Shown here: positions 27,803-45,515 of the stretch, one piece after another
Numbering within the stretch: position 1 is the first letter of the stretch
How the letters are laid out: every line of letters starts with the position of its first letter
DNA from: Lingula anatina
Taxonomy: Eukaryota > Animalia > Brachiopoda
NCBI GenBank assembly: GCA_051362555.1
Contig: CM120648.1
Location: 2,829,721 to 2,893,720, forward strand
DNA length: 64,000 nt
Direction: 5' to 3'
Position numbers and translations under genes: made by a program
The notes under the pieces: model-generated
The model's database searches: none
What the model saw: the letters and a program-made list of their open reading frames with translations, nothing else
What the model was told of the DNA's origin: nothing

Positions 27803-28112
27803 CGCCTGGGTTATATTACCATCGGTGGGAGGATTTTAATCCATTATTATATATATATATATGTATTTGTGTGCATTTAGATATTTAAATGAAATCATTT
27901 TCTTTGTTTTGAAAATCCGATCTTGGTAATAGTGCGCTTGCACTGAAGTTTGTTCCAGTGCATTATTTTAAAAGCTTTTCCAATAAGCGGGTATACAAAC
28001 AGTTAAGACACGCACTGGACACTTGCCACAGTTGTCCCCCAAAAATCATTTGTAAACAAACAAACAAACAATCCACCCACCGATGGTAACCCAGGCGTTG
28101 ATTTCGTACTAC
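27590..28112. mobile_element. Fold-back/MITE-like element with an internal (TA)n tract
   Basis: AAATCAGCGCCTGGGTTA...CCATCGGTGGGAGGATTGTTTG (~27600) is inverted at ~28050-28105. (TA)n lies at ~27728-27799. The sequence ACTAG.GCCTTTCTGTAGTCT recurs near both ends. Confidence 0.6.
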
Positions 28113-28710
28113 TAGTGCCTTTCTGTAGTCTCCACACATGGCTTTGGACTAAGCCCAAGCAATAACTAGACTATTATTCTTTCTATTCAACCCTTTTAAC
28201 AACATTCAGTTTAAAAGTATTACTTGAATCACCCATGACAAAAAAAAAAAATATTTGATATTACGCAAAATAATTGAATAAATAAATTTAAGAAAAAAGA
28301 ACGTAACATACCTTTTTACCATTCTGTGGTTATATAGTGCTGTTGTTCCTAGAAACCGTCACTAGATATCTTATTTTTTATTACATCAGCATCCTTAGCG
28401 TCGGTAGTTACTCTCTTAGGATTGGCCAATGGGCTGAAATAGGCGTGTACATGTACCGTTATAGTCACTCGGTCATTATTGCCATGGCTAAGTACATAGT
28501 GCATTGTTCTATTCACACTACTAGTATTTCTTAAGATTAGTTTGGTTGTCAGCGAAAGCTGTTGCTGTTGCTAGGCTCGACTATTTATTCTGACTATTAA
28601 TTTATAATGGCTATATTAACACGAACATGACATTCTTCATGCTACATGGACATGTAGTACCGGTACATTTATAGGCCCTACCGGTGCCAGTTGTATAGAT
28701 ATCCCTTAGA

Positions 28711-30210
28711 TACGCGCAGTCGCACATCAAAGGGGAATTCCCTATATACTGTTTATAACTGCAGTCACGTGGCCTAGTTACTCCGTAGTTCCATGGAGCG
28801 TTCAGACGCATGGTGGGCGGTCCTAAAGGTGAATGTCCCGTCATTCTCACTCTGTTCATTGCCATTATGTCAATTGGACTCAAGCCTGATGTCGAGAGAG
28901 ACAATATGCTGTTATTTTATCACATAAAACTCAACCGTGATATCGCAAGAGTTTTAAAAATGTCGAGTTGCGAGGAGGATTTTAACATACAGTTACTTTG
29001 CAGCTAGAAAACCTATGGTGAACAGTCTTTGTACGTTGCCTATTAATTTGTTTCTGTTCCGTGGTGACTTCATAACCAAGAAAAGATTAGATTATTGAGC
29101 GGTTTGATAATAATTAACAAATCCAATGTTCACCCAAGCCATAAAACGATAAATTAAATGAAGGGTTCCCAGTCAGATAAATACGAAGCTATAAAATCAT
29201 TCTCAGGTAGTGAACATTACTTATATATATATATATGCCCTGTTTAGGATCTTATACACCGGGGGTAGGATGGGGTAGACGGGGGAGGGGGTAGTGCTAA
29301 CAAAAAGAGAGGTAAAAGGGTAGAAGGAATTGTATTCAACACCGTAGCTAATGTACCCCCCCCCCCCCGACACACTCATCCACGCACCACTGTGACTGTT
29401 GTGCGTTTTACAAATGTAAACAGTATAGTGCTTTTGACACATAAAACCCTTTCATCAGAAATTCGATCACCAGCTGCATATGGGTAAATAAACTTTCACA
29501 TACCAGTAGTGTTAATCATCTTCCGACTCTTCACAGTCACAAATGACACCACTTAATTGCGTACATGTAGGTCCATACTGCTGCCAATATGTGCAAGCAC
29601 AGATGAGACGTGACAGAGCGCCTCCCATAATACACAGTCCGGTTCCCATTAATATGCACAGCTGAGTCTCAACCTACATATCCGACCACTTACGTCAGGC
29701 TATAACCCTAACCTCTATTTTTAAATTGAGGGTGCACCCTCTGTTACTCAGACCTTCTATTTCGTCACACCGGTATCTGGGTACATTGACTTTATAACAA
29801 CGTTGACTCCATAGTTACACGCAGTCGCACACCAAAGGGGAATTCCCAATCGTTTTACATCAATACCTGCAGTAAATGTATAACATGCCTGCAGTTATTC
29901 CGTAGTCCCATGGAGTGTTCAGACGCGTGGTGAGTGAACCTTAAGGCGAATGTCCCGTCAGTCTGTCCGTATCCGTCATCATTCTGTCAGTTAAAGCTCA
30001 CCCCTGATATCGAGACAGACAATTGCCGTTATTCTGTCAGTTGAAACTCCCCCGTGATAGCGTGACAGGGTGGATGTGGAGTTGTGCGGAATAATTTAGT
30101 ACCCAGTTCCTTATCAGCTAGAAAAACTATAGTGGACGGTTATTGCACGTCTATTAAATTATCTTTCGTTTTGTTATGACTACAAAACTGAGCAATGATT
30201 AGATTATAAT
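28711..30210 (+). repeat. Direct duplication of a ~400-bp block (28711-29100 and 29817-30210)
   Basis: Both copies share ACGCAGTCGCAC..CAAAGGGGAATTCCC...CCATGGAG.GTTCAGACGC.TGGTG...GAATGTCCCGTCA...CAGCTAGAAAA...GATTAGATTAT. Confidence 0.8.
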
Positions 30211-30399
30211 TATTTAATGAAGTCCCCATTCAGAAATGTATGATAACGATGATACCATGATAAAATGTCTATAATGCTTTGTGTTACGATAGTGTAGTTA
30301 AACAGTTAAAAGGGGAAGGAGGCCTTTAAAAATACGAATGTATTACTACATGGTAGGATTCCTGTTTACTATATATTTTGGAGTCTGCATTGTGATTTG

Positions 30400-30910
30400 G
30401 CATAATTTTGATGTAAACAAGGAAGTAGGAAGTTGCACAAAGTTGAGAAAGCGAATTATATTAGGTTGGGATGGATGGAGAAAAGTTACGGGAATGGTAT
30501 GCGACAGAAACATGTTGGAAAAAAAAATTAGGGAAAATTGTTCAGGCCATGCTTAAGACCATGTATGCTACTACCGGTATATGGGGTGGAATCTGTACCT
30601 ATATAAAAAAAAGGAAGACAAAACTTGATGACAAAACACAAAGGAGTGGAGGCTGCGCTGGTGCGTGTACGGGCCACGTAAGACGGAGGGGGAAACATAA
30701 GTGGGATAGAATACTGGCAATGAAACCAACAGGAAAGAAAAAATGAGGGAGGTCGTGGAAAAGATCCACTGGTGCGAGCAAGGAGGATATGAAAAATTTG
30801 GGAGTGGGAGATGAACACCTGAGTGGAGATGGATAATCTGCTGTGACAATCCCTGAGAAGGGACAGGCCCGAAAGAAAAGGCCGAAGTTCCGACATCTGC
30901 AACAGGGACA
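30400..30910 (+). mobile_element. Degenerate RTE-like LINE 3' fragment
   Basis: Frameshifted peptides GWDGWRKVTGMVCDR, LKTMYAT, GHVRRRG and ILAMKPTGKK*GRSWKR resemble the C-terminal region downstream of the reverse transcriptase in RTE-clade LINEs. Confidence 0.65.
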
Positions 30911-32728
30911 TTTTCTTCAGAAGAGGTTAACTTGATTAAGGCATCAATGCTAGTAAAAATATGTCTCACAGAACAAATTTATCGATTGATGGTCAGCAGT
31001 TAAGTTTTATAAAATAAAGTGAAGTTCAACAAAATACTTCTCGTGCATTTAAATCTCTTTGTGAATATTTTCCTTACTGTTCAGAGCCATCTGTGACTCT
31101 AGTCCCTCAAAAACACTGCCACATTGAATCGTGTTTATTTCCCTGTTAAGCTTCTCTAACACATTCTCTAATTAGTCATTTAGCCTCTTCTTTGTCGTCC
31201 ATTTATTCTTCCTTGTTCAAAGTAGGACATTGGGAATACCGCGGAACCAGTGTTTTAAATTATAAGGTATTCTAATGTTTTAAACACACTGGTAGGCGTA
31301 TACATTGTTGGACTTCTTCACTGGTGTAACTGAGGGGGGGGGGGGGGGGGGGATGTGACGATTAAGCAGGCACGCGGAAGACTTGCAGCAAGGAAATAAA
31401 TTATTTGGAGAACTCGATACAAGGGATTGACAGTATTGACAGTACGCCAGTTGTGTCAATTGTGATAGTGAGGCCTCTGAAAGTGAGGATTACGGATATG
31501 TGAAAGTTCTGAAGAAAACGTTTTTTTTTGTGTATCTACAGCACCCTGTTTTTATTTAAAATGTTTAATTAACGTACAGAAGTCATAATGACGGATGGGG
31601 CGGGGGTGAGGGATGTGTATGTGCATCAGTAGGCCTACTTGTGGTAAGGGTATTCCCTTCTACCGTTTCCCTCGTCACTTTTTGTCATTCCATGTGGCCA
31701 AATGCTCCCCCCCCCATTCATGGTAAAACTATGGACCCGTCAGCGTGTTAGTCACTGGTATACATGTACAATGTACCTCACAACTACACAGCGCATATAA
31801 TAGTGGCGTTCATTACCGAAGTTTTTATTTATCTAGCTGGAAACCCTTCTACAACCAATTTTCGTTTTAAGTTTGGGCTTTACATTGCATATCGAATTAA
31901 TGGGACGTTTTATTTGACATATTATGACTTTTAAAAAACTATTATGTCCGTTACCTTCTATTTTCCGCATATCCCGTTGTGAAACTGTTAAATGGATGAA
32001 CTGATATATACTTCATCTAAGCTATAATGAGGCGGAGATTGTTTCAATCTAACGATTTGACGATGGCATAATGTACAATTTACAGTAAGTGTATTGGTCA
32101 ATGGCAATTTCGGAAAAACTAATAGCGCAATTCCAAACATGACATGTCATTTTGGGGTGCTTTAATAATCAGGGACTCAGAGTGAGGTGTTCATTATGCC
32201 CTACTATCACTGTATGAGAATTTGTACTAGCTAAATTGTAACTCGTCTTCTGTGGTTGGTAACAGTTTACTCAAGCTTACCGTTACGATGGCTTGTATTG
32301 ACATGACACTACATAAAAAAAAATTGATGTCCACGTAACATTTATATCGTTTTGAATTTTTTTAATGGATGAATTGATATATACTTCGTCTAAGCTATAA
32401 TAAGGCATATTAGTTTCAATCTAAAGCTAACAACTTGACAATTACATAATGTATAATGTACAGTACGTTAATCGGTCAATGACATTTTCAGGAAGATAAA
32501 GAGCGCAATTTCACGTATGGCATGTCATTTTGGGGTTGTTTAATTAACGAGGGGGTAAAAGTGAGATGTGCCATCTGCCCAACTATCACTGTACATGTAT
32601 AATTATTTGTACTAGCTAAAATGTAACTCTTCTTCTGTGGTTGGTACTGTACTATAGTAGACGCAAGCTTACGATGGTTTGTATAATATGAGGTTACGCA
32701 TTGGCATGACATTCCATATATTAACAAA

Positions 32729-32953
32729 GACCCCATTCCCATAGATTTAAGATCGATCTATCCCTGTGGGGAGTCTTATTAGTTTACTGTCAGCTTAGCC
32801 GGCTTAAGCGTCTGTCCCGCCTACTAAAAGCTGTAAGGGGGTAATTAACTATGGTGCGCGCTCGGCTGACTGCAATTTAGCGTGAACTCCCAGGGAGTTT
32901 GGTCGATCTAAATCTAAATCTCTGGATCGACCTAAAACTCTGGGAATGCACCC
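32729..32953. mobile_element. MITE family A upstream of Cys-rich gene copy 1
   Basis: Reverse-complement homolog of 11223-11440. It is absent from the equivalent position (~35030) of duplication unit 2. Confidence 0.85.
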
Positions 32954-33196
32954 ATATATATATATATATATACAAATATCTATGGCTTTCTCCACGAAGG
33001 TTGATCCTGGGGATGAGCCTTGCTGCCAGCAGAAAAAAGCCAGAATGACCGGAAATTAGCCCTTAATTTAAAACACTGACTCAACTAGGACATATCTCCC
33101 TTCATCACATGATTCAAATTGTTGAATTTCAATTAAGTGACTTAAAACAATAATGGTGCTCTATAATTGAAATGATAATTACTTCAAAACCTGTTG

Positions 33197-33203
33197 TATA
33201 AAT
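33197..33203 (+). promoter_or_regulatory. TATA box of Cys-rich gene copy 1
   Basis: TATAAAT lies about 67 bp upstream of the ATG and is conserved in copy 2 (35259). AATAAA follows at 33751. Confidence 0.6.
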
Positions 33204-33263
33204 TAAAGCCACTTCATCACACGGTTTGTATAGGCCTATCAGTCGGCATTCAGCTCTGTCACT

Positions 33264-33662
33264 ATGTTCTCAGCCACAGCTCTCTACCTGACCGCCGCTG
33301 TTATCTTAGTGTCAGCGGGAACAGCTCTGGCCACTCTACCCAGCCTGCGTCTGTTCTGTACCAGAGCTCGGCTACTCAAGGACCCCAGGCCTCTCCTCGT
33401 GCCGCAAAAGATTGACGGCGTTCAGGCATGGTTCCAGTGCAGCTGCCTCCACCCAGACGCCGAGTGTAAGAAATGGGACGATACCCTGACGTTCTTCAAC
33501 ACGTACTGTACTCCTGGGAAGGAAGAAGTTCTCTTCATTAATACCAGGGATTTGACGAAGGTGAAGTACACGTATGACGAGTGCTCATGGGGTTGTGTTG
33601 CACCCATAGCCTCCTGCGGCAGCAGTTACCTAAAGGAATACTGGAGAGACAACGTCAACTAG
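33264..33662 (+). CDS. Secreted cysteine-rich protein, copy 1 (132 aa, intronless, 8 Cys in the mature region; possibly a divergent cystine-knot ligand)
   Basis: Hydrophobic signal peptide ending in ALA. Codon usage is GC-rich against the AT-rich flanks. TATA and polyA signals are present, and a conserved paralog keeps all 8 Cys. Confidence 0.85.
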   Translation: MFSATALYLTAAVILVSAGTALATLPSLRLFCTRARLLKDPRPLLVPQKIDGVQAWFQCSCLHPDAECKKWDDTLTFFNTYCTPGKEEVLFINTRDLTKVKYTYDECSWGCVAPIASCGSSYLKEYWRDNVN

Positions 33663-35320
33663 AGGTAGGGGAATAGAAGGCGATCTGGTTGTTTAACAGT
33701 GTGGCTTATAGAATGATTTCTCTATAGTAACCGTATAAATCATCCCTGAGAATAAAGAGTACACATACACACACGCGCGCGCGCACGCCTACATTTTCCA
33801 TTGTATGATTAAGAAAAAATCACTTAAACTACATATTCGCATTTGTTGAAGGCAAAGCGGGGGTATCACTAAGATGAGCTACACAGATAAAATACTGATG
33901 TCTTAAACCATGTTCCATCGTTTTTATGTATGTTTTTTATGTTTGTTCTGAAATATGCATAAAAAGCAAGGGTAAATGGCCTGTAACAAAATCAGCCCAA
34001 ATGAGTCTATGGGGAAACAGTAAAAGCTAGGCTTTAAAGCCGTACTTTCTTCAAATTTCTGGTCGTTTATTGGGGCTATTTGTCTACCTCTAGTCATAGA
34101 AACAAAGGAAGCAGAAAATATTTGTGCAAAGGTCATTTTTGGGAAATAATGTAACAGGCCTACGTGATATATATTCTTTTATTTTGCTCTCTGAAACTAT
34201 ATAGTGACACGGCCGGTTTGGCCGAAATATTTAGTCATAACGGATCAGTTTTTGCTTTCTTTTTTCTCTGCGTCCCTACACACATTCTTGGGCAATATAC
34301 ACTGTTCTGAATCATACAATTGAAGTCTTTTCTCATAATATTGTAACCGAATCTTAAATCATTTCAGGAACAAGCTCCTTTTGCCAACTGGAGATGAGTC
34401 AACACTAGCCGGCGACCACGTGACCAAACAATTAAACTGCACAAGTAGATCTATCCAGAGTGAACATTCCTGTACTAATAGCAGCGGCATAACAGTCTGC
34501 TATTTAATGATTGTATTCAACGGATATATTTAAAAAAAAATAAATAAAACATTGTGATTTGAAATTGTGTACAATGAACATTTTCAACAGGTACGTTTCA
34601 ATTTCAAAATTTGAAACCCGGGCCAAACTTTAATGTCTATGTACTTTTGAGTGACATTTTTTCACACATCCTGTTTTGAATTTTTAAATGGATGAACTGA
34701 TAAATAAACTTAATCTAAGCTATAATAAGGCGGAGATTGCACATTGTTTTAATCTAACGATTTGACAATGGAGTAAAGTATAACGTACAGTACGTTTATT
34801 GATCAATGCCCTTTTAGGAAGGTTAATAGTACAATTTCAAGCATGAAAAGTCATTTTGGGGTAATTGAATAATCAGGAACTCAGAGAGGTGTTCAATCAT
34901 TGTATAAATATTATTTGTACTAGCTGAAATTTAACTCGTCTCATGTGGTTGATACTATAGTTTATTCAAGCTTACCGTTACAATGGCTTGCATAATTACG
35001 CATTGACATGATACTCCATATACTAACATAGACATTAAAATATCCATCGCGTTCTCCACGAAGGTTGATCCTGGACATGCGCCTTGCTGCCAGCAGAAAT
35101 AGCCCGGATGACCGGAAACTAGCTCATGATTGAATACACTAACTAAGCTTGGAAATTACTTCCTTTATGACATGATTCAAATTGTATAATTACAATCAAA
35201 TGACTTAAATAAGTAATGGTGATTTATAATTGAAATGATAATTACTTCAAAACCTATTGTATAAATAAAAACTACTTCAACGAACTGTTTGTATATCAGT
35301 AGGCATACATTTCTGGCACT

Positions 35321-35701
35321 ATGTTCTCAGTCACAGCTCTCTGCCTGACCGTAACTGTTGTCTTGGTGACATCGGGAACAGGTCTGGCCACTCTACCCGG
35401 CCTGCGTCTGTTCTGTACCAGGGCTCGGCTTCTCCAGGACCCCAGGCCTCTCCTCGTGCCGCAGACGGTTGACGGCGTTCGGGCATGGTTCCAGTGCAGC
35501 TGCCTTCACCCTGACGCCGAGTGTAAGAAATGGGACGACACCCTGGCGTTCTTCAACACTTACTGCACTCCTGGGAAGGCAGAAGTTCTCTACATGAAGG
35601 CCTGGTATCTGATGAGGGTGGTGTACTCGTATGAAGAGTGTTCGTGGGGCTGCGTGGAGCCCATAGCCTCCTGCAGCCTCAGTTATTTGAGAGTCAGCTA
35701 G
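35321..35701 (+). CDS. Secreted cysteine-rich protein, copy 2 (126 aa, intronless)
   Basis: Paralog of 33264-33662 with the same signal peptide pattern, 8 Cys in the mature region and a TATA box at 35259. Confidence 0.85.
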   Translation: MFSVTALCLTVTVVLVTSGTGLATLPGLRLFCTRARLLQDPRPLLVPQTVDGVRAWFQCSCLHPDAECKKWDDTLAFFNTYCTPGKAEVLYMKAWYLMRVVYSYEECSWGCVEPIASCSLSYLRVS

Positions 35702-35900
35702 AGGTACGGAAGTAGGAGGCCATCTGATCGTTTAACATTGTAGTTTATATAATGATTTTTCTATAGTAACAGTGTAAATCATTCACGAGAATTAAGAGTA
35801 CACATACACCCACCCGTGTACATTTTTGGTTGTAAGATTAAGAAATCTTTCACTGGCACTATATTCGCATTCGTTGAAGGCAAAGCGGGGGTGTTACTAA

Positions 35901-36115
35901 GGGCGTATTCCCATAGATTTTAGATCGCTCTATCCCCATGGGGAGTCTCACTAGATTACTGTCAGATAATCTGGCTTAAATGTCCGTCCCGCCTACTACA
36001 AGCTGTAAGGGGATAATTAACTTTCGTGTCCGCCCGGCTGACAGCTATTTAGCGTGAACCCCCGGGGAGTTAGGTCGATCTAAAGTAAGTCGATCTAATC
36101 TATGGAAATGGGGTG
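35901..36115. mobile_element. MITE family A downstream of Cys-rich gene copy 2
   Basis: TAA target duplication at 35898-35900 and 36116-36118. The empty site is visible in unit 1 near 33870 (ACTAAGATGAGC). Confidence 0.9.
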
Positions 36116-37469
36116 TAAGTTGAAGTCATTGAGCTTCACGGATTAAATATTTATATCTTAAACCGTATTCCTTCGTTTTTAGGTAGGTTTATTAGGTTAC
36201 TTGTTAAAAATACATAAGAAGCAAGAGTAAATATCCTGTCTGCAACAAAACCAGCCCAAATGAATTTCTGGAGCACCAGTAAAATAATTTTAAGTCGCAC
36301 TTTCTTTTATTTTCGGGTCGTACATTTCATCTTATTTCTTCCTTCAGTTCGAGAAATAATGAAAACAGAAAAGAAAATGTGCAAATATAACTTTTGGGAA
36401 GTTATTCTTCAGGCTTCTGTGACATTTCTTTCAGTTACACTATATGGCACTGTGTAGTGACTTGGCGGCAATTATTTATCACAAGCACTGGCTTTATACG
36501 TTCTTTAATTGTACACTTATATTGAAAGCACTGTACAGCATTTATTTTGTTTGCTCTAGTCTCTGTCTCTAAACACATGTTGTTTTACAACACTGTTTCC
36601 AATCTTACAACTTAGTAGCAGAGATGTTATTGCGTAAATTTTCCTTCATCGTCTTGTATTCGAATTATACGTCATTTCAGAAACCAGCTCCTTTCCACAG
36701 CTACCGAATGGATGAGGCAACACTGGATGACGATCGAGTGATCAACCAAAATTTTAGAGCACAAATATATCTTGCATTGTACCAACAGCGGTGGCTTAGC
36801 ATGTGTACGTGGTTGTCTTTGCAGCCTGCTATGTAACGATTGTATCCAACAGATTTAAACAAATAAAGCATCCTGATTTGAGTCGTGTATATTTACAACA
36901 CCTGAAGCTGCGATACAACTTTTAAGTGAAAGTTCGGAGATGGAACATTACTATAATATAATCGTTTGTGGGATATGCTGTAGGGTACTTCAACATCTGC
37001 AGATGGACAATTTCGTAAAATGCCTAAGAAAATAATTTCAGTATCATATTACACTACTGCCAGCTTTTATAGTCGCAGTAGTCAGTCGCATAATCATACA
37101 CGTCTATAACTTCGTTTTCGATTACCACTAAGAAAGTAGGTCAATGTTGACGTATAGCATTAAGATACCTGTTTATCTATCCAAAGAACTGGCTTAGGTT
37201 GTTTAAATTGTAGGTTCAAGAAATTCAGCATGTGAAATGCAACTGTGAAATTCAAATTAGAAAATTCAGACGTTAGTATTACGCAAACAGTAAAATTCTC
37301 AAAACAAAACCAAACGAAATATCCATAGTTTTACTACTATCACTTTATCATTTTTTCACAGCATAAATTACAAAGAGCACAAAGCACAGCTGTTTCCGTA
37401 GTGTCCCAGGTGTTACCTACTGAACGGAGTGTATAGCCGCACTCTGGCACGGGGTCGAATAGTTACTCT

Positions 37470-44269
<6,800 letters not shown>

Positions 44270-44926
44270 GGTCGAAGTGCTTCAATGATATATGAAACTT
44301 TTTGATTGCATCTGCTACCAAAACCAGTAAAAAATTGAGAAATATTTTCAAATTACCACCATCTACTAAAATTGTACTGATAAGGAGTCTAATAAATCAT
44401 AAACCGTTTAATACTGTCCAGATTTTCTTCTTAGAAACCAATTTTGTATAAGCTGCAAATCAATTTCAAGCGCCCAGCCAACTGATGTTCACTTTTATCA
44501 AAACTGCAAAGTTTGTTTGATAACATAAAACTTTGCATTTTGTAATGTAACATGCATTCAATATAGGCTGCATTCGTAATTAGTTTTCCCTAAAAAGTTA
44601 CGTTTAGCCCCTGTTACTCATGTCTTATTCTTTTGACCGCCTTGAGAACGAATTGTACTCCACTCTCATAAACATGCAATGCGTGCAATAAAGCAAACTA
44701 TGTGTATTAATTTGACCTTAACGATCACATATTGGCAAGCCTCAGCTCTGCAGAATATTGTTGGGAAAGCAGTCGTTTTCCAAGCAGACGCAAGCCCGCT
44801 GTGGGGTTTTAGATGGAACGGAGTACTCGAGGGTGTCTTGAAACACTGCTTTACCCGGTATTATAATGTGAGTTACGGTTACCATGGCAATACCATATTA
44901 GAGCAACGTAAGCTAATTCCTCTTAC

Positions 44927-45140
44927 CTGTCAGCGTTCTGACGACTTACGTAGCGAGGGTCGGTTACTTATTGGACACCCTCGCCTACGCAGCGTCCCTG
45001 TTAGCGACGTCTAAATCTGCACGGTCATGTCCGCGCTTGAGACCGACACAGCTGGTCCCCATTCCAGCGAGGTGCCAGTGGAGGGACAGACAGTGTTATA
45101 TGAAGTTGTCGTATTTGACGATGGCCTACTTTTTAAAATA
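44927..45140 (-). promoter_or_regulatory. Candidate non-coding first exon and promoter of the cellulase
   Basis: Donor GACAG|GTAAGA at 44927/44926, an acceptor upstream of the ATG near 44312, and a TATA-like TTTTAAAAA near 45135. Confidence 0.4.
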
Positions 45141-45294
45141 TGACCTTCTAGCTGGTGCAAAATTGGATGAAGTTTTCTATCGATCATTATCACTAAGGAT
45201 TCCTTTCAAAAAATTTTTTTCCACCTTTGTAACAGCCTTAAAGGCCAAGGTAATATATAGTACGTCTTCACCCCTTTTCTCTTTTTATTATGTC

Positions 45295-45515
45295 AACACC
45301 CTTTCTTAATCTTTATTACGTCATCACTTTCTCACTTCATTACATCATCACCCCTTCTCAATCTTTATTACGTCATCACTTTCTCACTTCATTACATTAT
45401 CACCCCTTCTCAATCTTTATTACGTCACCTCCCCTTCTGACTCTTTATTACGTCATCACCCCTTTCACTCTTCATTACGTCATCATCCCCTTTTGGCTCT
45501 CTGTTACATCACTTT
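45295..45515. repeat. Degenerate ~26/53-bp minisatellite rich in TTACGTCA/TTACATCA
   Basis: Repeated CACCCCTTCTCAATCTTTATTACGTCATCACTTTCTCACTTCATTACATCAT. Confidence 0.85.

Larger units (their letters stand above)
32350..36890 (+). repeat. Tandem segmental duplication (~2.3-kb units, ~32350-34600 and ~34675-36890), each carrying one Cys-rich gene
   Basis: Promoter, CDS and 3' flank are collinear and similar. A third copy of the upstream block lies at ~31990-32330. Confidence 0.85.

Noticed and set aside
27694-27888. ORF with IYIYIY run (likewise poly-Ile at 47487-47681 and ERERE at 56979-57326)
   Set aside because: These are translations of microsatellites.
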